From: Pseudomonadota bacterium
Lineage (GTDB): Bacteria > Desulfobacterota > Syntrophobacteria > Syntrophobacterales > Syntrophobacteraceae
Assembly: GCA_023442755.1 (NCBI GenBank)
Contig: JAEZXS010000244.1
Location: 1,801-65,800, forward strand
Direction of reading: 5' to 3'
DNA: 64,000 bases
Shown piece by piece: positions 57,245-64,000 of the stretch (the first letter of the stretch is position 1; every line of letters starts with the position of its first letter). Position numbers and translations under genes: made by a program. The notes under the pieces are model-generated. The model was not told the DNA's origin. It worked only from the letters and a program-made list of their open reading frames with translations, and ran no database searches.

Positions 57245-57520
57245 GGCACAAAGCGCGGGGAGCGGAGCGCTCGGTCTCGCACGTTCGAACGAAATATCTA
57301 TCTTCGCGTCTTGCTGATGCATGATTTGGGAAAAAAGTAATCGAAATCGCATATTTTACGCCCTGAAATCTTCCTTTGCTTTGACACCGGCGATAATTTT
57401 CGTTACAGGTATAGAGAAATTCCAACTAGTGTACCTATCCGGCCAATCATCCCCCGAAATTCTACGGAAAAGCTGAGGGAATCTTTGTGCCTGGACAGTC
57501 AGGTAAACGCTCAGGTTTGA

Positions 57521-58831
<1,311 letters not shown>

Positions 58832-58844
58832 CATTTTTCCAGCT

Positions 58845-58876
58845 AGCCGAAGGCCGGACTCGAACCGGCCTTCGGC
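58845..58876 (-). other. 12-bp hairpin with the geometry of a tRNA acceptor/T-arm minihelix, directly after the yggS stop
   Basis: The minus strand reads TGA-GCCGAAG-GCCGG-TTCGAGT-CCGGC-CTTCGGC-T: a 7-bp stem, a 5-bp stem and a 7-nt loop matching the T-loop consensus. It also lies 14 nt after the purA stop on the plus strand. Confidence 0.5.
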
Positions 58877-59587
58877 TCATGCCGTTTTTGGACTTCTTTT
58901 CCCGAAAAGGGCCGTCCCGATCCTCACGAGGGTGGCTCCTTCCTCGATTGCAACCTCGAAATCGCCGCTCATCCCCATGGAAAGCTCGGTTAGGTCTTCC
59001 GGGCGCGGACTGTTTTCCCGCAGCATGTCCAGCAGCTCGCGCATGCGCCTGAAGAAGGGCCGCGCCCGCTCGGGCTGATCGAAAAAGGGCGGAAGCGCCA
59101 TGAGTCCCCGGACTTGCAGGTGCTCCAAGCCTGACGCCATCTTGAAAAACGGAAGGAGTCCTTCCGTGGCAATGCCGCTCTTGGTCGGTTCATCCCCGAT
59201 GTTTACCTGGATGAGGACGGGGCCCTTCTTCCCGGCTTTGGCCGCCTGCCTGTCCAGTTCGGTTGCCAGGCTTTCGCGGTCGAGTGTTTCGATCCAGTCG
59301 CAGCACTCCAGCGCCACTTTGACCTTGTTGGTCTGGAGATGCCCGATGCAGTGCCAGGTTACGTCGAGTCCGGCCAGTTCTTCCTTCTTTTTGCGCGCTT
59401 CCTGGATGTAGTTCTCTCCAAGGATGGTAATACCCGCGCCGATTCCTTCACGTATTCTTTCAACCGGCACCGTTTTGGTCACGCCGACGAGCTTCACGCC
59501 CGAAGGATCGCGTCCGGCCACTCTGCATGCCGCCTCTATCCTTGCGCGTATCTCCGCCAGGTTGTGTGCAACTGAATCCGAATCCAT
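58877..59587 (-). CDS. yggS: YggS-family pyridoxal-phosphate homeostasis protein
   Basis: VKLVGVTKT..., WHCIGHLQTNK, SMGMSGDFEVAIEEGATLVRIGTALFG. Confidence 0.88.
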   Translation of the reverse strand: MDSDSVAHNLAEIRARIEAACRVAGRDPSGVKLVGVTKTVPVERIREGIGAGITILGENYIQEARKKKEELAGLDVTWHCIGHLQTNKVKVALECCDWIETLDRESLATELDRQAAKAGKKGPVLIQVNIGDEPTKSGIATEGLLPFFKMASGLEHLQVRGLMALPPFFDQPERARPFFRRMRELLDMLRENSPRPEDLTELSMGMSGDFEVAIEEGATLVRIGTALFGKRSPKTA

Positions 59588-59674
59588 GACTATTTATCCA
59601 GTATCTCTGCCTGCAATTACTCTTTGGCGTTTTTGCCCTCGCGCTTCGCGGGGCTTGCCTGGGAAGAAAAAAAT

Positions 59675-59870
59675 ATCGCGGTTGCAAGCCGCACAGGTTG
59701 ATGACAAACTCTAAAATCATAGCGATCGTTATTCCGGCGAAAGCCGGAATCTAGTGTTTTCAAGCATTTCTGGCCCCCGACGCCTGCCCCGGACCCGATC
59801 CGGGGTTCGTCGGGGTGACGGATTGGGGGCTTCTTCAACAGTCTGCGCGGTTGCAAGCCGCTCCCACAGG
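59675..59870. repeat. Composite repeat element, copy 2 (family-A unit + 148-bp core + family-A unit)
   Basis: Core 59698-59845 aligns to 9034-9182 in the same orientation. Flanking units are at 59675-59697 and 59845-59870. Confidence 0.85.
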
Positions 59871-59883
59871 CAACGCAGTGCCG

Positions 59884-60084
59884 CTACCCCCCGCCGACCA
59901 TGCGGATGATCTCGAAAGAGTCGCCCGGTTCGACGGGTTCGGTTTCGATTTCGCTGCGGGCGAGTATCCTCAGATTGCGTTCGACGGCAACCGACTTCGG
60001 TTCGATGCCCAGAGTTCGCAAAAGCTCACCCAGCACAGGTGCGCCCGCATACTGCCGATTTTCGCCGTTTACCTTTATTTCCAT
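59884..60084 (-). CDS. thiS: Sulfur-carrier protein ThiS
   Basis: 66 aa, MEIKVNGENRQY...IIRMVGGG with the C-terminal GG. Confidence 0.85.
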   Translation of the reverse strand: MEIKVNGENRQYAGAPVLGELLRTLGIEPKSVAVERNLRILARSEIETEPVEPGDSFEIIRMVGGG

Positions 60085-60119
60085 GATACCCGTCCGCCGT
60101 AAACTGTTCCAGTCTCGAT

Positions 60120-61232
60120 TTACATCAGAAAAGCGCAGTCCCAGTCCTTCCAGACCGGTTCGTAGCCTTTCCTGCGGATCACTTCCGCCACCGCCTCGGG
60201 GCTCCGATGATCGGCGACTTCGAACTGGGCTTCCGCCTCGTTTCCCAATGTATATCCTCCGGGCTCCGTCCGCGACCCCGCACTCATGGAAGTGATTCCA
60301 AGCGGGATCAGGTGATCGCGAAGCTCCGGCGTTTCGCGCGTGGAAAGCGTAAATCCCACGTCGGGCAGGGTCATCCGGAGCGCGGTCAGAAGCTGCACGA
60401 ACTGCCGGTCGGAAACGGGATGTTGCGGCTGGAACGCACCTGCCGCGGGTCGAAGCCGCGGGAAGGAGATCGATATCTGAGATTTCCAGAAGCGCTGCAT
60501 CAGGTAGCGGGAATGGAGCGCCAGGAAGAAGGCTTCCGTCCGCCAGTTGCCCAGGCCGAGGAGCGCCCCGAGCCCGATGCGCCGGAAACCGGCCTCGCCG
60601 CCCCTGTCCGGAGCTTCGAGCCTCCACTGGAAATTGCGTTTCCTGCCCCCGCGATGCACCTCTTTGTAGAGTTCCTGGTTGTACGTTTCCTGAAAGACCG
60701 TCAGGCCGTCGACGCCGTGGGCGATCAGGGTCCCGTAATCCTCCGTGCTCATTGGGTAAATTTCCACGCAGATGGAAGAAAACAGGGGGCGCAGCCTGTC
60801 GGCGATATCCGCGAAATATTCCACCGGGACGACCTTGGGGGCTTCCCCGGATACGAGCAGCAGGTGCCGGAAACCGAGCTTGTTTATGTAGGCGCCTTCC
60901 TCCACGACCTGTTCAGGGGTTAGGGTGAGGCGATCTACCTTGTTCTGAATGTTGAAGCCGCAGTAGGCGCAGCTGTTCGTGCACTGGTTCGAAACGTAGA
61001 GCGGAGCGAACAGGCTGACGGTTTTTCCGAACCTCAGCTGCGTGACCGCATGGGCGCGCTGGGCCATCTGTTCGAGGTACGGTTCCGCGGCCGGGGAGAG
61101 CAGGCTCATAAGGTTGCTGAGGCATGGATCTTTTGCCGCCAGGGCAGCTTCCACGTCCGTTGCGGTGCGTTCCCCGATTTCCTGCTCTACATCTTCCCAG
61201 CTTGTCTGCAAAATCTCATCGTAGAAACTCAT
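60120..61232 (-). CDS. thiH: 2-iminoacetate synthase ThiH (radical SAM)
   Basis: YVSNQCTNSCAYCGFN. Length and context fit, lying between thiG and thiS. I chose the start MSFYDEIL. Confidence 0.85.
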   Translation of the reverse strand: MSFYDEILQTSWEDVEQEIGERTATDVEAALAAKDPCLSNLMSLLSPAAEPYLEQMAQRAHAVTQLRFGKTVSLFAPLYVSNQCTNSCAYCGFNIQNKVDRLTLTPEQVVEEGAYINKLGFRHLLLVSGEAPKVVPVEYFADIADRLRPLFSSICVEIYPMSTEDYGTLIAHGVDGLTVFQETYNQELYKEVHRGGRKRNFQWRLEAPDRGGEAGFRRIGLGALLGLGNWRTEAFFLALHSRYLMQRFWKSQISISFPRLRPAAGAFQPQHPVSDRQFVQLLTALRMTLPDVGFTLSTRETPELRDHLIPLGITSMSAGSRTEPGGYTLGNEAEAQFEVADHRSPEAVAEVIRRKGYEPVWKDWDCAFLM

Positions 61233-61237
61233 CTTCT

Positions 61238-62008
61238 TTACCTCAGAAAACCGGTGAGCGGGCTGGATGCTTCGGCAGTCGCCCGGGTGTTGCCCAGGCC
61301 GGCGAGAAAAGCCTCTCTGCCCGCTTCGACCCCTTTTTTGAATGCCGACGCCATGGACTCCGGATCGCCCGCCACCGCAATGGCGGTGTTTATGAGAACC
61401 GCATCGGCGCCCATCTCCAGGGCCTCGGCCGCATGCGAGGGGGCGCCGAGCCCTGCATCCACCACGACCGGGACGGTCGCCTTCTCGATTATGATTTCGA
61501 TGGCGTCGCGGGTCCGGATTCCGCGGTTCGATCCGATGGGCGCCCCGAGCGGCATGACGGTTGCCGTCCCGATTTCTTCGAGCCTCTTGGCCAGGATGGG
61601 ATCGGCATGGATGTAAGGCAGAACGGTAAAGCCGTCTTTTACCAGTATTTCCGCAGCCTTGAGCGTCTCGATCGGGTCGGGCAGCAGGTAGTGCGGATCG
61701 GGGGTCACTTCGAGCTTGATCCAGGGCTCGCACCCGGCAGCGCGCGCAAGCCTCGCCAGGCGCACCGCCTCTTCCGCGTCCCGCGCCCCCGACGTATTCG
61801 GCAGGAGCAGGTACTTTTCGGAATCGATGGCGCTCAGGATGCTGTCTTTCGGGTTTTCCAGTTCGACACGCCTGAGCGCAACCGTAACGATTTCGGCCCC
61901 GGACGCTTCCAGCGCCCGCACCATGACCTCGGGAGAAGAGAATTTCCCGGTCCCCATGAGCAGTCGCGACCGGAAGGTCCGTCCAGCGATTACCAACGGC
62001 TTTTCCAT
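61238..62008 (-). CDS. thiG: Thiazole synthase
   Basis: GTGKFSS...LLPNTSGA...[13 protein letters not shown]...[30 protein letters not shown]. Confidence 0.92.
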   Translation of the reverse strand: MEKPLVIAGRTFRSRLLMGTGKFSSPEVMVRALEASGAEIVTVALRRVELENPKDSILSAIDSEKYLLLPNTSGARDAEEAVRLARLARAAGCEPWIKLEVTPDPHYLLPDPIETLKAAEILVKDGFTVLPYIHADPILAKRLEEIGTATVMPLGAPIGSNRGIRTRDAIEIIIEKATVPVVVDAGLGAPSHAAEALEMGADAVLINTAIAVAGDPESMASAFKKGVEAGREAFLAGLGNTRATAEASSPLTGFLR

Positions 62009-62014
62009 TTCACT

Positions 62015-62794
62015 TCACCTTTCCGTGCAAATGGCGGGATCGTGCGACCCGCATATCCCGCACCTTTGGGCGGCGGGGAGTTCGACTTCGCGAAACCGCA
62101 TCCCCAGCGCATCCCAGGTAAGCATTCGTCCCACAAGAAGACGGCCGGCCCCCGTCAGGCACTTTATCGCCTCGGTTGCCTGGATGGTTCCCATCACCCC
62201 GGCCACGCTCCCCAGTACCCCGACCTTGTCCGGCGTTTCGTATGTGCCCGCCGGCGGGACCTCCTCGAAAACGCAGCGAAGGCAGGGGCCCTTCCCGGGA
62301 ACGACGGTCATCGTCTGTCCGAAAGCGCCGAGGATTCCTGCGTGCGAGTAGGGCTTCCCGAGCCGGAGACAGGCATCGTTTATGAGAAACTTCGATTCGA
62401 AGTTGTCGGTCGCCTCGATCACGAAATCATATGGACTAACAAGGTCGAGAATATTTTCGGCGGAAACGGCGGTTTTGATGGGGTTGAGCCGCACGTCGGG
62501 ATTCAACCGCGACAAGGTACGGGAGGCGGATCGGATTTTGTCTTCCCCGACGTCTTCGCGACCGTGGAGCACCTGGCGCTGGAGATTGGAGAGATCCACC
62601 GTATCCGAGTCCACCAGTCCGATCTCACCGACGCCTGCTGCTGCGAGATAGAGTGAGGCGGGGCTTCCCAGTCCGCCCAGGCCGATCACGAGCACCCGGC
62701 TTTCCAGCAGCTTTACCTGCCCTGCTTCTCCTATCTGCGGGATGAGCACGTTGCGGATGTAGATCTTTTTCTCGAGTTCGCTCAGGCTTCGCAT
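62015..62794 (-). CDS. thiF: ThiF/MoeB-type adenylyltransferase
   Basis: VLVIGLGGLGSP, DxDxVDLSNLQRQ, paired CxxC (CLRC, CGIC). The start is the ATG at 62794 (MRSLSELEKK); the TTG at 62806 would lie inside the terminator U-tract. Confidence 0.8.
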   Translation of the reverse strand: MRSLSELEKKIYIRNVLIPQIGEAGQVKLLESRVLVIGLGGLGSPASLYLAAAGVGEIGLVDSDTVDLSNLQRQVLHGREDVGEDKIRSASRTLSRLNPDVRLNPIKTAVSAENILDLVSPYDFVIEATDNFESKFLINDACLRLGKPYSHAGILGAFGQTMTVVPGKGPCLRCVFEEVPPAGTYETPDKVGVLGSVAGVMGTIQATEAIKCLTGAGRLLVGRMLTWDALGMRFREVELPAAQRCGICGSHDPAICTER

Positions 62795-62804
62795 CGCTTT
62801 TGCC

Positions 62805-62837
62805 AAAAAAAAACCGTTCCCCGGCGACGGGAACGGT
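62805..62837 (-). terminator. Intrinsic terminator forming the expression platform of the TPP riboswitch
   Basis: The minus strand reads ACCGTTCCC-gtcgccg-GGGAACGGT followed by TTTTTTTT. Confidence 0.8.
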
Positions 62838-62870
62838 CAGAAAAAGCAAATCGAAAAACCCTTTTCTTAA

Positions 62871-62950
62871 GCCATTTCCCTACGCTGGCATTGTCCAGAT
62901 CAGGTATTAAGGGTTTCTTCTCAGTCCTGCCTCGACAGGACACCCCTAAC
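62871..62950 (-). promoter_or_regulatory. TPP (THI-box) riboswitch aptamer
   Basis: The minus strand reads GGGGTGTCCTGTCGAGGCAGGACTGAGAAGAAACCCTTAATACCTGATCTGGACAATGCCAGCGTAGGGAA. The conserved CUGAGA and ACCUGAUCUGGAUAAUGCCAGCG blocks are present. It lies upstream of thiF. Confidence 0.9.
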
Positions 62951-62964
62951 GGCTGTCGGCAAAA

Positions 62965-62993
62965 ATCTTAACGCCGCTTTATATAATTGTCAA
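62965..62993 (-). promoter_or_regulatory. Candidate sigma70-type promoter of the thi operon
   Basis: The minus strand reads TTGACA-N17-TAAGAT, ending about 15 nt before the aptamer. Confidence 0.5.
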
Positions 62994-63106
62994 ACACCAT
63001 GTTTAATCCAGTCGGATTCGGCCTTCCTGAAAGCAACCGGTTCTTCGGCTATGGTCGGGAAATCGATCCGTCTTCGCGTTGATACTAAGTGCCCGGAAAA
63101 CTTGCA

Positions 63107-63424
63107 TCAGTCTTTCTTGGTTCCCTGCGCTTTCTTCCTTGCCGAGCAGCGCTTCCTTGGAATGAGCCTTATGAGTGAACGCAGTGCGGTATTGACAGAT
63201 TGTGAATCCGGGAAATACTCCTGCACATCCGGCGCTAAAACTACTGCCCCCTTTTGGGGTTTCACCTCTTTTACTTCGGTTGTGCCATCTGTCCGATGGA
63301 TCGTAATAGTATAGCCCGCTTGCAATGCTCGATAGTGCATGCCTCGGGTCCCCCCTGTAAAATCGTATTCCGCCCGCATATTTTCACCATCTTTCAAGGT
63401 GGCCTTAGTCGGTCCCTTTTTCAT
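63107..63424 (-). CDS. Small antitoxin-like protein, uncharacterised family
   Basis: GGAGG lies 6 nt before the ATG at 63424. MKKGPTKATLKDGENMRAEYDFTGGTRGMHYRAL...LAPDVQEYFPDSQSVNTALRSLIRLIP resembles small TA-associated proteins I have seen, but the family is not identified. The ORF continues in frame upstream to 63541. Confidence 0.4.
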   Translation of the reverse strand: MKKGPTKATLKDGENMRAEYDFTGGTRGMHYRALQAGYTITIHRTDGTTEVKEVKPQKGAVVLAPDVQEYFPDSQSVNTALRSLIRLIPRKRCSARKKAQGTKKD

Positions 63425-63586
63425 ACTGCCTCCGCTCTCTTCGAGTTGCTTCACGGCAACGCCACACGAGCAGCAACGATATTTTCGGATGAGTTCGTAT
63501 GGATTAACGCGGACAACTTGTGAGTGCCTACAATCATTCATAAAGTCAACCGCGGGCAGAAGCCAGAGATGGTAAATTGGTGAGGT

Positions 63587-63674
63587 CCAGATTCAGGTAT
63601 TAAGGGTTTCTTCTCAGTCCCGCCTCGGCAAGGCACCTAAAAAAGACAATAACGTGGGACGGTTTAATCGTCAA
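63587..63674 (-). repeat. Partial duplicate of the thi leader: promoter-like TTGACG-N17-TATTGT plus the 5-prime half of the TPP aptamer
   Basis: 63587-63637 (ccagattcaggtattaagggtttcttctcagtcccgcctcggcaaggcacc) matches 62895-62944 with a few changes. The pyrophosphate-binding half (AATGCCAGCGTAGGGAA) is missing. Confidence 0.7.
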
Positions 63675-63727
63675 ACATCATTATGCAATCGAGCCTGAAA
63701 TCCCTCCCGCGGTTGAGCCCTCCGACT

Positions 63728-63757
63728 CTGTGGGAGCGGTTTGCGGCTGCGATGCGG
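63728..63757. repeat. REP-like palindromic unit, family A (variant)
   Basis: ctgtgggagcggtttgcggctgcgatgcgg. Confidence 0.7.
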
Positions 63758-64000
63758 CAACAGAACACTTCTTTCGGGAATGTTAAATTGTATACGACGA
63801 AATAAACATATAATTGACAAATATTAACTGTTATAGAATCATTTTCGCGTACATGCGATTTATTATTTGCAATTTCTTCCTTTTTCGAATAGGCTGCCCC
63901 GAAAATCCCCTTTACAGAAAATGGGTATTCATTTCACCGACAGGGCGGAGGTTCGTCCATCCGGGTTCCATCCACGTGGAACGGACGGAGGAGGGGGCAC

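Noticed and set aside
58841-58880. A tRNA gene suggested by GGTTCGAGTCC
   Set aside because: Only acceptor-like and T-arm-like parts exist and they pair with each other directly. There are no D or anticodon arms. I report it as a minihelix-like hairpin instead.
63890-64000. Structured GC-rich segment after an AT-rich stretch (cgtcc...gttcca-tccacg-tggaac...ggacg, ending GGAGGAGGGGG); possible leader RNA or riboswitch
   Set aside because: It is cut by the window end. I could not match it to any riboswitch consensus that I know (TPP, SAM, cobalamin, glycine, guanidine, c-di-GMP). The downstream sequence is needed.

Overview
GC-rich bacterial chromosomal window. Gene content suggests an anaerobic, deltaproteobacterium-like organism, but that is inference only. 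I support about 60 CDS and found no rRNA, tRNA, CRISPR array, transposase or integrase. Housekeeping content: proS, purA, gmk, remA, rlmB, yggS, fabH, a pfk, a class II aldolase, a TPP-riboswitch-controlled thiF-thiG-thiH-thiS operon and znuABC. There are many cell-wall remodelling genes (MltD-like, two L,D-transpeptidases, an amidase plus a deacetylase, an Lpp-like lipoprotein). Signalling genes are a 1279-aa hybrid histidine kinase, an MCP and a PAS-LuxR regulator. Items worth a second look: (1) a two-gene radical-SAM/SPASM plus Cys-rich signal-peptide-bearing small-protein cassette (22345-23994) between alsD and an ALS-like gene. (2) A ten-gene, translationally coupled membrane operon (29937-39521) joining RDD, B-box zinc-finger, DUF4129-like, DUF4350-like, MoxR AAA+, DUF58 and SpoIIM-like proteins. 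(3) A TetR-DUF169-orphan E1 alpha/beta operon plus hsp20, bracketed by inverted repeat mosaics. (4) Several families of short intergenic repeats, including a 190-bp composite element present twice and a 360-bp nested inverted-repeat element. (5) A duplicated thi promoter plus truncated TPP aptamer in front of an antitoxin-like ORF. (6) A tRNA-minihelix-shaped hairpin directly after the yggS stop codon. (7) Two decayed RelE/ParE-type toxin genes. Many long ORFs in the six-frame track are antisense shadows of real genes and are rejected.
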